A stretch of DNA of 59,049 nucleotides, the filler included, from Thelocarpon superellum (Eukaryota), in the NCBI GenBank assembly GCA_026025795.1. It is 2 parts of 2 records of this genome, joined end to end, with 100 filler letters (N's around TTAATTAATTAA, not from the genome) between each part and the next. Parts side by side here need not be neighbours in the genome. Positions count along the whole stretch, not along the records: positions 1 to 29,482 come from JAPEUG010000219.1; 1 more part is not named here. The stretch is one strand, 5' to 3'. Each line of letters starts with the position of its first letter. The first letter of the stretch is position 1. Below the pieces are notes generated by a model. It made no database searches, had not been told where the DNA came from, and saw only the letters and a list, made by a program, of their open reading frames with translations. A program made the position numbers and the translations under genes. Of this stretch, positions 1 to 11,932 are shown in pieces.

Positions 1-309
1 CAAGTGCATCATCTCTACAACGTGCGGCCATGCTGCTTAGCGTTCCAAGATTCCGCATTGTGCACTGTGCTCTGAGGCGCTCAACGCGCCGACCGGCGGC
101 GATCCCAACGCCGGGTGCGACCACTGCAACGACGACGACGACAACGGCCGTAACGGCAGCAACTATTGCAGCAGCAGCTGCGACAGCAGTAGTAGCAACG
201 GCCACACCCCACGATCGCGAAATACCCTCACCACCACCTCGACTACGAACGCAACCTCCACCAGCTCGCTGGCAGACGAGACGGGCTTCTCGCACACGAC
301 TGGTAAGCT

Positions 310-381
310 GCACAACCCGTACAAACCGCACAACCGGCACAACCGGCACAACCGGCACAACCCGCACAGCCCGCACAACCC
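310..381. repeat. Degenerate 9-bp tandem repeat (GCACAACCS, about 8 copies)
   Basis: Units gcacaaccc/gtacaaacc/gcacaaccg x3/gcacaaccc/gcacagccc/gcacaaccc read directly; they explain the CGL/CRL-repeat ORF on the minus strand. Confidence 0.9.
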
Positions 382-1068
382 ACAGAAGGCGTGCATTATT
401 CGGCCGTTGTGCAGTAGTCGGCGCGCACACCCCTACCACACAGCGCAAGTGCACACGTCATGCATGGCTTGCAGTGCACGGCGCCTTATAGGAGAAGAAG
501 CGGGTGGGGCCAGCGGGGCCAGCTCGGCCGGACCGGGCGAATCCTCGTGATCCTGCGCGCGGGCGCATAATAGCCAGCGCCTGAAAATGACCGTGCAGGA
601 TTGGTTAATATCTAGAGAAATGCTCAAAAGAGCTTTAAACTTTGGTCTATGTGTCACGATTGTCATAGGTGGATCTCTATTACTTGGGCCCGGCCAAAAC
701 CCAGCGCATGGAAAGGACAGCCATCCTTGTTCATCATGGTCCGAAGTACGAGTAACATACTACTCGCACGAGTCCGTGTGCACATTCGGTTTTTTTTCCT
801 CTTCTCGTCTCGGGTCAAGTGGGGCCGACGAGGGCGGCCGCGGGCGCGGCCGCCTGAACGAGTTCGTCTTAGTCATTCGCGTGATTCGACCGGGGCTGCC
901 CACCTGCACACCCTGTGCACCTTCTCGCCCGCCAAGCCGCTCGCCGATCTCATCGTCCGCCGACGACAGAGCCAAAGCATTTCTCCCTCGCAGTTCCTTC
1001 GCGGTGCCCACCTTCCCACTCGCATCCCTCGATCCTCCATCCCGCCGCACCGCGCCGCACCGCTCACC

Positions 1069-1453
1069 ATGCCGACGCCCGAGTCGGCGGCCTTCCTGGC
1101 CAAGAAGCCCAAGGTGCCCCCGACCTTCGACGGGGTGGACTACGACGACGACGTGCGGCTCAAGCAGGCCCAGGATGCAGTCACGCGCGAGCAGTGGGTC
1201 AAGAGCATGATGGCGCGGTTGGTGCGCGATGAATTGGGACGGTGCTACTATCGCGAGGGCGTAAATCACCTGGAGAAATGTGGCGGTCTTCGAGGTGAGC
1301 GACCCACCCAACGGCCCCGAGCCGGGGCCCGGGGACTGGGCGATTGGGTGTTGATGCAGGAGGGGGACAGAGCGATACTTCGAGCTGCTCAAGGACAGCC
1401 GCGTACCGGGATATCTCTTTGAGCAGCAGAATTACCAAAGTGAGGATGCATGA
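1069..1453 (+). CDS. NADH:ubiquinone oxidoreductase 12-kDa accessory subunit (NDUFB10/PDSW family); 2 exons, 1069-1294 and 1371-1453
   Basis: MPTPESAAFLAKKPKVPPTFDGVDY...REQWVKSMMARLVRDELGRCYYREGVNHLEKC; removing the GTGAGC...CAG intron (1295-1370) restores the frame into ERYFELLKDSRVPGYLFEQQNY. CxxxEGVNHxxxC is characteristic of the family. Confidence 0.93.
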
Positions 1454-1594
1454 GAGGCATTATTACCGCTCGATGGGCGCTCTAGCGGGCTGGAAGGCAT
1501 GACCTCATCGAGCGCGCCGGGGGGGCAGAGGGGGGATGCAGTGGATGAGCGTTGGTGGCAGGCTGCGGCGGGGGCCTCCGATCCAACAAGGCCC

Positions 1595-1639
1595 CGGGCT
1601 GGTCGGGCTGGTCGGGCAGGTCGGGCTGGTCGGGCAGGA
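1595..1639. repeat. 9-bp tandem repeat (CGGGCWGGT x5) downstream of the complex I subunit gene
   Basis: Read directly: cgggctggt cgggctggt cgggcaggt cgggctggt cgggcagga. Confidence 0.9.
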
Positions 1640-2953
1640 TTGGGATCTCGAAGAGGCACACGGTCGTTGCGAACGATGGCCGCTGGGCGCTGGGCGGCGG
1701 GCGGTGCGAGGCGAGCGATGGGCAGCAAGCGGTGGGCGACCGGGCGACGGGTCACGGGCGGTGAAACACAGGCATCCTATTCGCAAGCTTGCCCATTTCC
1801 TCGTACGAAAGATGGACGGGCTTTGGGTTTGGCGGGACCTCCTGGTTGTGGCACGGTGGATGGGGGCGATTGAGAGTTTGCGAGTGGTCATGCACTATTG
1901 TCGCAGTTCGGAACCTTGTCGGAGTATTGACCAGGCATATGCTTGTATAACTCGTCCGTCGGGCCAAGCGAGGCTGTGGATATGCGACGTGAAAGGGGGG
2001 CAGGGTCAAGTTAGGCGACTTTGCCCGAATCATACGCGTCCCGCCCAAGTATAACTTTCATACCGCCTCACATGATATCAATGCATGCCGTTCCGGCACG
2101 TGCGGCGAGGAATCCGCTACTTCGTTGGTCGGAGATGGAGGAACGGAGGGCGTTGGATGGGTCTGGCAGGGAACTCTCTCCTCGACGCATGAGCGCCATC
2201 CATGCCTCCGCCTGGGGCACGGAGGACTCCACCGGCCTGCTGCTCGTGGTGCGTCATGCTCCGTTGGGCGACGTGACGAGTACCCTGGATCGCATTTCCA
2301 GCCTACCCAGGCTGTTGGCTCTCGCATGACCACGTCCCAAGTAGCACCAAAGTACCATTCTTTTTTTGCGCCCAGCCGCCAACGCCTAGCGTCGGGTCCG
2401 TAAATTTTTGGGCACCTGGCGTTTTAGAGTTGAGGGGCATTTCGACAAGTAATGATATTCGGTCGTGTAGCGTATTGCTTGCATGCGACAATGCATGGAT
2501 TGCGTAGCTACTTCTGCACCGATGGCCATGAACCCCAAACCTTGGACGCTTATATCCACCTGAGATAAGTACGGCTAACTGGCTGGTCGAGGCAGGGCCG
2601 CGTCTTTCGTAGCCACCCACACCTCCTCGCTCGCTGCCCCCTCGCTCTCTCTTCCCCCCCCGACGATCACTAAACCTTTTGCACCTATATCTCATCGTCA
2701 GCGTCCGAGTATTTGAGCGCTCTCGTCCCCATCGATCGGACCGACGTTTTCGTCTACCCCCGATCGTCCCCCGCCACTACTTGGGCCATCACTTCCCGTC
2801 GCGCATCGCTCCCCGCTCATCGTGTCCACTGCACATGCTCGCTGCGGAGCCTCGTCTATCGATCATCGCCCGTCACTCCCCTCCACACGCGCGTCGCTCG
2901 TCTGCCTTGTCACCCTGCTGCCCACTCCGCTCCCTCGCCGACGGCTGTCGTGA

Positions 2954-4393
2954 ATGGCCACCATGTCACTCACCAACGGCGTGAGCCCCCCGCCGCGGCA
3001 CCCGCCCACGCCGCCGGGCGGCCAAGATACGGACCTCCGCCACCTGCAGGCGCTGGCCGTGCAGATCGCCGACCGACTGGAGCATCAGCGCAAAGATATC
3101 GACCGCGTGTCCGACGTGGTCGACATGGTGCAGGAAGGCATGCAGGTCTTCCGCGACTTCATGATGGAGACGCGCAGCCGCACGGAGATGCTCAGCGACC
3201 TTAGCGAGGACGCGGAGCTCCTCACGTCCAATATGGCCAAGGTGTGGCGCAAGGCCAACGAGATTGAGGGCCTGGTGCTCCAAGTCGAGATGATGAAGCA
3301 TCGGATTCGACGTCTGGAGGACTCCGCTCGCGTCCTCACCCCGGTCCTAGGCCCCGCGGGCGCGGATGGTCCCGACGCGCACCGACCCCATCCCGACGCC
3401 GCTCGGCCGCCGCCGCCACACCCACGCCGCGCCGTCAGCGCCGGCCAGTCAGGCCCGCCCGGCGGCTGGGAAGGCGGCCACGGGCCTGAGGAGTCCGGCG
3501 GCCCGCCGCCGCACAAACGCAAGGCCGACGTGGAGCTTCCGCACGCGCGGCCGCGCGACGAGTACGATGATCCGGCCTTGCACAAGCGCTCTCGGGTGTC
3601 GGGTGAGGGCGAGCCGATGCATCACCGGCACCTGATGGACCTCGACGAGATGCCGCGGGACCCTCGCGACGAGATGCGGTCGTCGTCGAATGGCTACTAC
3701 GCCATGCCCAAGGGCACCTACCCCGATCTCCCGGCGCTGCGCTACGAGGAGGCCATGGAGGAGGAGTACCGTCTCCACGGACAGATCAGCCCCGGCCGTA
3801 CTCCCCTGACCCCTCGCTCGCGGGGTCGTGGCCGACCCCGCGGCGTCACGCGCGGCGGGTCGACGCATGGTCATCGCGGCATGCCGGGCGAGGGCGTGCG
3901 GATGGCGGAGTGGGAGCACGCGCCCCCCATGGACGTGGACCTGACTCGCCGCAGTCCGCACATGATGCCGCCTCACGACCCGCACCTGATTCGTCGTGGC
4001 TACGGCGCCGCCGCCTATCCTACGCCGCCTCACCATCACGCGCAGCCGGCGCATCCGCGCCGCAACGAGCTCGGCCAGCTCCTGAAGAAGAATGGCGAGC
4101 CCGACCAGCGCGCGGCGACCATCCGGCGACGGGCGGCCGAGATGCGGGCGCGCAAGGCGGCGCTCGAGAGCCAACAGGCCGAGGCCGCCCAGGCCCCGGT
4201 GAGCCACCCGACCCCGCCGGAGCCGAAAGAGCCGGCATCGGCGCCGCCGGCGCCGGCGAGCGAAGGAAGCATGAACAATGACACGGAGAAGGAGGCCGAG
4301 CCACACCGGGAGCGCGAGCGCGAGCGCGAGCATGAGCGCGAGCCGCCGGCGACAGAGACCGTGGAGCGTGAGGGTCACGTGGAGGCCGCGTGA
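2954..4393 (+). CDS. Uncharacterised 479-aa protein: N-terminal coiled coil, Pro/His/Arg-rich disordered middle, AT-hook-like RGRGRPRG motif
   Basis: Long intronless ORF with strong G/C third-position bias, a pyrimidine-rich upstream leader and a heptad-like helical segment (KANEIEGLVLQVEMMKHRIRRLE). The start could be the second Met. Confidence 0.8.
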   Translation: MATMSLTNGVSPPPRHPPTPPGGQDTDLRHLQALAVQIADRLEHQRKDIDRVSDVVDMVQEGMQVFRDFMMETRSRTEMLSDLSEDAELLTSNMAKVWRKANEIEGLVLQVEMMKHRIRRLEDSARVLTPVLGPAGADGPDAHRPHPDAARPPPPHPRRAVSAGQSGPPGGWEGGHGPEESGGPPPHKRKADVELPHARPRDEYDDPALHKRSRVSGEGEPMHHRHLMDLDEMPRDPRDEMRSSSNGYYAMPKGTYPDLPALRYEEAMEEEYRLHGQISPGRTPLTPRSRGRGRPRGVTRGGSTHGHRGMPGEGVRMAEWEHAPPMDVDLTRRSPHMMPPHDPHLIRRGYGAAAYPTPPHHHAQPAHPRRNELGQLLKKNGEPDQRAATIRRRAAEMRARKAALESQQAEAAQAPVSHPTPPEPKEPASAPPAPASEGSMNNDTEKEAEPHREREREREHEREPPATETVEREGHVEAA

Positions 4394-5335
4394 CGTGTGC
4401 TTCGTTCGATGTATAGCGATTGACCACTTCGTACATAGGGCAGGACAAGCAGGGACAGGGGAAGTGAGAGCATCAGATGGCAACGCATGGAGAGGCGCAT
4501 ATTGTCTCATTCATTTGGAGTCGCTCGATTGCCTTATGCAACAGCGCAATGACGCAGTCCTGCGAGCAGATTTGCAAATGACCAATCTTAGCCACAAATT
4601 TGCATGTAATTGTGACACATCACCAGCAGGATTCGTGCCTCATGCGGGCGCCGTTGTGGTGACGGTGTCAAAATTTCACGCGCAGAGACTGTAGGGCATA
4701 TCGTCGCATCGCGCCTTTTGGCATCGTTGCATTGTGCCGTCATACCGTCATGCCGTGGTGCAGTGGTGCCGCGGTGCCATGGCATAATTGCGTCTTTGTG
4801 GCATTATGGCATAGTGGCATTACGAGTATGTCGAGGCTTCAAGCAGTTGTGGTCATAGTCCCAACCCCAGGCGTTTCACTGTCTGACGCGCCCCCGTAGC
4901 GCTATGGTGCAGCCCTGCATTACCCGTGCATTATTTTCCCGCGTTGTGAACAGCGTGCATTAATTGTGGGTGCCTTTATGCATGGATCGTCATAGCACAA
5001 AGGCCCCCCGCGGGGCCGGGATGAAGCGGCTCACCGGCGATCCCGCGCTGGCGAGCTAGAAAAGTCGAGACTACCGCCCGCCCGTGGCCGGACTGCCAGT
5101 CGATGCATCTGGTCCACGAAACCCCATGTCAATAACCAACCAAGTATGGCGACGGTGCGGCATCTCGTCCGGCACCCCGCATGTCAAGACTTGGTCACGC
5201 CTGGGCTGTGACCGTCCCCACACGAAAGTGGGGGAGTCTTCCGCTGCACCTGCGCCACATTCGACTCAATACACCACCACGACATGGAGAAATTGGCGGA
5301 CTTCTCTCTTGTCTCATCCTGGGAGCGTACGCACG

Positions 5336-6648
5336 ATGGAGTCGATCGACGGTGGCGTACATCCTGCCCACCATTTCACTCACGCGAATGCCTGGCAGCA
5401 GCCTGGCTCCGCGGCATTTGACTTTCGTAGTGAGTCGCTCCTCCGGGGTTGGATACTCTGGTCGTCGGAATGGAGCATGTGGCGTTGACACCACCCTCGT
5501 GGTACGCAGGCGATGTAGTCACATCCCCCACGGCGTCGATGCTCGCAGCCATCGCGAACACGACGCTGTTGGACGATGTCTTTCAGGAGGATCCGACCAC
5601 CAACGCCCTGGAGGCGGACGTGGCGGAGCTCACGGGACACGAGGCGGCACTGTTGGTGCTCTCGGGCACCATGGGGAACCAAGTGGCGCTGCGATCACTC
5701 TTGACCCAGCCTCCGCACGCCGTGCTCTGCGACGCCCGCGCGCACATCCTCGGATGGGAAGCGGGCGGCGTGGCGTCCCTCTGCGGCGCCCTCGTCCAGG
5801 GCGTGGCACCATCCAACGGCCTCTACCTGACCCTCGAGGACATCGCGCGCAAGGTCGTCCTCAGCGACGACGTGCACGCCTGTCCCACGCGGGTCATCAG
5901 TCTCGAAAACACGCTGGGCGGCAGCGTGATGCCGCTCGATGAAGCACGACGCATCACGTCGTGGGCACGGCGGCACGATATCCGGACCCACCTCGACGGG
6001 GCGCGTCTCTGGCACGCGCCGGTGGCGGGAGCCGGGAGTCTGACTGATTACGCACGCGACTTCGACAGCGTGTCGCTGTGTTTCTCCAAGGGTCTGGGCG
6101 CGCCCGTCGGGAGCATTCTGGTCGGCTCGCGGCCTCTCATCGCCCGCGCTCGCTGGATCCGGAAGTCCCTCGGCGGCGGGCTGCGTCAGGCGGGAGTCAT
6201 CTCGGCCGCAGCGCGCGTTGCCGTCGACGAGACCTTTGGAAGCGGGCCCTGGGGCAAGGGGGGTCGGCTGGAGCGGTCCCACAAGTGTGCCCAGCGGCTA
6301 GGTCAGCACTGGACTAGCTGCGGCGGTCGACTCGCCCGTCCCGTCGAGACCAACATGGTGTGGTTAGACCTATCGTCGATGGCCGTTGACGATGGCGAGA
6401 CTACGGAGGGATCGGCCGGTGCCGAAGCCGAGAGAGAGAAGGCATTTGTCGCCCTGGCGTCCGACCACGGCCTGAAAGTCTTGGGTCCGCGGCTAGTACT
6501 CCATTATCAGATCTCTGAAGAGGCCGTGGAGCGGATGGAACGGACGATGGAGCTGGTGTTGAAAAGGGCCCGTTCGACGACGAGAAGGTCCGGAAAACCC
6601 GAGACTGGCCAAGTCGAGGTCCGACCGAAAACATATGGTACGGGATAA
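5336..6648 (+). CDS. GLY1: Low-specificity L-threonine aldolase (PLP-dependent); exons 5336-5429 and 5510-6648
   Basis: Splicing out 5430-5509 (GTGAGT...CAG) creates AAFDFRSDVVT; also SGTMGNQ, ISLENT, HLDGARLW and the PLP-lysine motif CFSKGLGAPVGS. Confidence 0.95.
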
Positions 6649-6792
6649 GATCTACAACCAAAGTAGAGTAGATGAATGAAGGAATGAAGGAATAGATTGA
6701 GGTATATATGTTGCGACTGGACTACATAACAGACAGGCAATAGAGGCCTGTAACACCCGCCTCATGACAGCTCTCTACACGCGTGCATCTCG

Positions 6793-8505
6793 CTACGTCC
6801 AGACTCTTGTCAGCTGTTGTGAGAGAAGGCATGCTCTCGCTAGGCGACTGACTATCTCCTCCCATAGGGATTTGCAAGAGAGCCAAAACGCCGTGTGAGG
6901 CCAGATGAACGCCTCCACAATCGCCTCTGCCTGTTCCCATGTCCATCATGTACTCCCGTACGAGTACGTTGCCAACCGCTTCAGGTGTTCCGATCGCACG
7001 GGCGCTCCCTAAGCGCAAGCTCCGCCGATAAGGCAGAACCACAGAACCACGGAAATATCTTCACTTGGTCAATCCCGCTTAGATGCGTCTCGGCTTGGCC
7101 AATTTGCTCGGCGAGCCGAATCGACAAGCGCTGAGGAATGAAGTGTCCGTTCCGAACCTCCGTAAAGAGCAAATATGAACACATGTATGCTGCCAGTCGA
7201 CAGCATGCAACTGCTGACCCATGATGGGACCTCGAGAGAAAAGAGTCGCAATTCAATTGAAGCTTGGATGTGGTCAATCTCGCGCATCGCGTCTGACCTT
7301 TTGCCGTCGACGTAATATCGTTCGCGAACAACCTTCAGTACCTCTGTATCTGCGAGGATCAAGCACGGTCCTTCTCCGAGTAGATGTCGATGCCTTTGAA
7401 ATCCTGGAGGCAGTGGAGAGGAGAGCGCATCGTTAGGGTCGCGGCTCCAGTGCAGCTCAAAAATGCGTCGTGGCCAAAGAGCCACTTGCTTCGAGACATC
7501 ATTGCGCCATTAAGATCTTGCCTACCAAAGATAAGTTTGAAAAAAGGGGGGGAATCACAGCATGGGGACAAATCGGAAGAGCCCTCGTTTGATTTCCTCG
7601 TCAAGTGGATGCCCAGTGGAAGCTCGGAGCGATGCAATCTGGGCAAGGCCGTTCATGTGCGTCTCATGCGTCGATCTGCTGCCCGTGCGATACTGATCGA
7701 GATGATGCGTCAGACAAGGTCGAGACACCGTTCCAGGCTTGGGATGCCCACCTCGATTCCGGTCAGCATCACCATCGTACCTACGGAGGTATCGTTGGTC
7801 GCTGTCTGTGAGTTTCGCATTCTCTCGTTCAGCGAACGCATCGCCTCTGCCATGTAGGTGAGACATTTTGGGGTGACAGTTCCATTGCTCAAAGTAAAGG
7901 CAATGGAGAGCAGAAGCGCGTGAAAGAAGGCTGAATCTGTGAGTCCAAGACGGATGACTGCTGGATGGCTGTGTAAACCTAGATCGTTCATGCTGAACAA
8001 GGGCTCAATTGCAGGCCGAACTGCCTCTGGCATCCCGTCAGATCAGATGCCGGACGCCAGGAATTGGGCTTTGGTTAGCTTACGACTCCTCAAAAGGTAC
8101 TCGATCCGACTGGACGCGATCGCAAGGCTTCGGAAAGGGCCAAAAGTCCCCGTGCCAGGCTCGGCCACTGAGCTGTTTTCTGGCATACGCCAGTTCAGGG
8201 TCGCATTGTGCTCGGGGTATTCCTCATTCTTGTCGTCAGAAACGGTTCCTGTAAGGGACCGCGGGCGCACCTTTTCCAACCTCGTTGAAGGCCATATGCC
8301 GGAAATTCTGTAGCTGCTGCCGTGAGGTGAATCTGCTCTTCGTTGACGTCTCCCCGATCGAATGGGTGTGAATCGAGCGTCGATTGGATAGGGCTCTCAT
8401 GCAAGATGGGTTCTGAAACGTGATGAACTGCAGCTTCTGGACATTTCTCTGGATGTCGCATGGGCATCGTCCAAAGAAGGGGCTGCCATTTGCCGAGGAC
8501 TCCAT
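6793..8505 (-). pseudogene. Decayed fungal-specific transcription-factor-domain gene (Fungal_trans_2/DUF3468-like)
   Basis: Fragments in order but in shifting frames: LQFITFQNP...; TDSAFFHALLL...AMRSLNERM...VGTMVMLTGIE; THMNGLAQI; QDLNGA; SPLPPGF...IDHIQASIELRL; CCRLAAYMCSY; WEQAEAIVEAFIW...CKSLWEE. Two introns remain intact; a third lacks a GT donor at the expected site. There are several frameshifts and in-frame stops. Confidence 0.7.
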
Positions 8506-9126
8506 CACAAGGCCGCCTCGATGAAAGGCTATCTTGGATGCTGGGACTCCGAGGCTCGGTCCATTTCGTCGTGGTTCAGAGGATATGAATGGAAAGCAAA
8601 GGATAGCCTTCGCGTATTGCCAGCGGATTGAGGACAATCGTCTGTCGAGCAAGGCAAGCCATGCTCCAGTTTCGGCGGAAGCAATGACTCCTCACCTCTC
8701 ACAGCGATAGGGGTGAGGGGCAGATGGCCGTGTGAGCGACTTCTGCCCTACTATTACTTGCTTAGGGACCCTCGCAAGCTGACCTAACACTCGAGGGAAT
8801 TGTGACTGCAAACGCGTTGCGAATCGAATAGGTGAGCAAGGCCAACCAGTAATGTCTCGGTAAAGTGTTCGCGGTCCACGTTCCCTCGATAATGAGCTTG
8901 CCCACGTCGATGGGATGTTGCAATAGGTGCGAACAGCTGCAATTCCACTTAGGTAACTACTAGATCTTACCGGAGAGGTTATCCCGAACCATGGGAGCTA
9001 TGGGGTCTGGTTTCAAACTGGGGTCCTCATATAGGAGCAAGGGAAGCTGCGACAGCACGTGGAGATGGCGCAGCAAAGAACAACGATTCTGATTCTACTG
9101 ATTCCATGTTACTGACCAACATCTCA

Positions 9127-9898
9127 TCACCCAGGCGCCAAAAGCTTCTCGGCTTCCGTCTTGAACGTTTCCATCGCCTTGAATTGCAACGCAGGGCCAA
9201 TGCTGATCCGGGCAACGCCAATGTCGGCCAAGGCATGCGCGGTCAGATTACCCGGGGCCAGCCTCATGGAAACGTTCAGCCTCCCTCCAAACTCTTTAGT
9301 CATGTGTTCAACCTCTGCGCGCGACACGCCTCGCTTGGACCCTCCCCATACAAACACCGTAGTGGCACCGGCAGCGAGATGTGCTCCGCCGCGTTGGATC
9401 ACCTTGGGAAGAGCTCCTCCGTGAACCAAAGTGTCGACCCTGGCATTGACCGTGAAGTCCGGAACCCCTTCTTCGGCGGCGACGGCGAGAGTTTGCCTGA
9501 CGCGCACCGGTGCATCTTCGACGGAATAGATTCTCTGGGTCGCTTTGTCGATGTCTTCGCGGTTGACTCCCACAACGCCCATCTTGATGAGTCCGACCAT
9601 GGCCTGTTTGAGCCGGTCGCCATAGCCATCCTGGACATCGACTGACAGAGGCTTTGGTGCTCTAGAGCGACCGGCGCAATCTTCTGGACGGCCTCAAGGT
9701 TGATTCCCATGCTCATGTCGTCATCTTCGGTGTTGTTTGCCCTCGCCACGCCATAGCTAGCAGTCGCGAGAGCTTGGCAATGGGGCAGCTCGGCCACCGC
9801 GTGAGCAGAAAGTGTATGGTAGACGTTTACCACGACGAGCGGATTCCCGGGATGTGGAGACTTTTGAAATGTTGAGCAACTTTATTCTGGGCGGACAT
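9127..9898 (-). pseudogene. PEP mutase / isocitrate-lyase superfamily gene (carboxy-PEP phosphonomutase-like) with two frameshifts
   Basis: MSAQNKVAQHFKSLHIPG/(shift ~9845)NPLVVVNVYH...ALATASYGVA.../(shift ~9650)PLSVDVQDGYG...GVNRED...FTVNARVD...AAGATTVFVWG...GVARISIGP. Each junction is repaired by inserting a single base. Confidence 0.88.
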
Positions 9899-10970
9899 GG
9901 CGTGCCATTAAGTTTGGGGGATTACACGATTCACGTTTGGTAAGGGCTTCAACGTCTTTGAATCTGTGACCTCTCGTTCAGAAGGGGAATCAAGAACCGG
10001 CGAGTTTGACAAGTATCTGGTCAGCAACTGGGTCTTCTGGCGGGGGGCCTCCCAGTTATACGGCAAGTCTGGGTCATGGCGATTAGATACTTGGCAAGCC
10101 TAAACAGCAACAAGGGATGAGTAAGAGTCTTGGCGATCAGTCGATCGAAGCTTCCGTAGGACAGGAATGAACAGGAAGCTTGATGCGGGCTACTGTGGTC
10201 TAGGGCTTTTGATGTCGATGACAGAACTCTCTCGTCGGCAAGTCATCGCGAGAGGTGGGTCATGCCCACTCAACATACGAGACGTGGCGCAGGTCAAGGA
10301 TGATGTTGTCGGATAGAGAGCATCCATCAGATACCCGGTAGCCACCTTACCTAAGCGCCTGATACCAATTGGGTGAAGAGCAACTTCGCGTCTGAGCGAT
10401 AGCCTGTCTGTGGCTCGACACGGGGAAAGATCAATATCGACAGAAGCTTGGTAGTTTCCATCCATCACCTGTCACCGGTGCGGGCTGAGTGCTCTTCTAG
10501 CATCATCCTTGCGATGATAAAGCACCGGCCCCACTAGACGGTCTGTCCCTTGACTCGGCACTCCTACTTTGCTGATTTCGGGATGGTGAGCGGGGCTTGG
10601 AAAGACGCTTTGGACTTTGCCTTGGTCATCTGGGAGGCGTCCTCAACTCTCACTCCAGTCCTCGCCGTTGAGACAACGCTGGTGTGCTCAGATTGAGATG
10701 CCGTCCCTGTGACTGTTGACGTCGTCCGTAATAGGATGGTGTCTGCACGATTGCTCGCTCGTGGATTTCCCGCACCCTCTACCTTTTTCCATCCGTAACC
10801 GGATTCGCGGTCACTGCGGCTCTTCTTCTTTCTCTGCATCTTCTTCCTCTTCGACCAGCTGCGCAACTACCCCAGGAAATCTCTACCTAAAACATCGTCG
10901 GAGTTGGACCAGGTGAGTGTATCGGATGTCTTACCCCTTGCACATACACAGCAGAGCTCACAGGCCGTAG

Positions 10971-11932
10971 CTCGTGAGGGGGAACCCTCTTACACCGGCC
11001 CCGTCGGACATTCCCACCGCTCGCGAGACAATTAAGCTGCGCGGACTGACCACGGCCTCCTTCTTGAAGGTGCCACCTTTCTCAGGCTCTGCTGAGCAAG
11101 TGAACGTCGTGGACACCATCATGACGCTCCCGGAAGCGCCCACCCACGAGTTCCGCATCCGAATTTACAAGCCCGGACGCCGAGGAACGGAGCCATTGCC
11201 CGTACTGCTCTGGTTCCATGGCGGCATGTGGTGTGCAGGCGATGTCAACACCGAAGACATTGGCTGCCGCGCCATTATCACGGTGCGAATATCGTCATCA
11301 TCTCTTTCGAGTACCGCCTCGCGCCGGAGCACTCGTGGCAGACGGTCTTCTCGGACGCGGAGAACGCAATGAAATGGGTTGTCACCAACGCGTCTGCGCA
11401 TGGCGGCGACCCCTGTCAAGGTTTCATCGTCGGAGGTGCCAACGCCGGTGCTCACCTCGCGGCCAGTCGTGCCGTCCGAGCGCGCGGCCGCCACCGCCAG
11501 GTCGAAATCACCGGGCAGCTGCTCGTTGTGCCCATGTTGATTGCCTATTCCTACAACGCGCTTCCAGAGGCCTGGGCCGCCCGCTTGTACTCCCACGTCG
11601 ACTGCGCAAACGGTCCGCTGCTCACCGGGACGGCCGTCTAACGATACCTGGCTGCCTTTGGAGTCTCCCAGGATGCCAAGCGCAAGGGCGAGAGCTTTCT
11701 CGTACGGGCCACGCTGGAGGGTCTCCCGCCTACCTGTCTGGCAATGGATGAGGTACACCCCATCCGCGACGATGGCTTCTTGTACGAGCATCTCTTGTGG
11801 GAGGCGCGGGTCAAGACAAGGGTCGACTACTACCGAGGTCTGCCGGATATGTTTGTTCAATTTTCGAACCTATCGCCGACCTTTCAGGCCGGTATCCGTC
11901 TCTCGGCTGGAGTAAAATGGCCGTTGGACTAA
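10971..11932 (+). pseudogene. Alpha/beta hydrolase (HSL / Abhydrolase_3 family) pseudogene
   Basis: RIYKPG...PVLLWFHGGMWCAG, frameshift ~11280, EYRLAPEH, in-frame TAA at 11639-11641, then LEGLPPT...PIRDDGFLY...YRGLPDMF. A probable intron lies at 10912-10970, but no ATG-bearing first exon is recognisable. Confidence 0.85.

Noticed and set aside
163..396. Metallothionein-like Cys-rich ORF (CGLCGLCRL…) on the minus strand
   Set aside because: It is simply the translation of the 9-bp tandem repeat, with no other coding evidence.
3449..4510. Long antisense or overlapping ORFs (here and opposite most genes)
   Set aside because: Expected shadows of GC-rich codon usage; they have no motifs of their own.
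5126..5335. In-frame upstream ATG adding 70 aa to threonine aldolase (possible mitochondrial isoform)
   Set aside because: Weak context, several out-of-frame ATGs in between and no convincing presequence; cannot be supported without TSS data.
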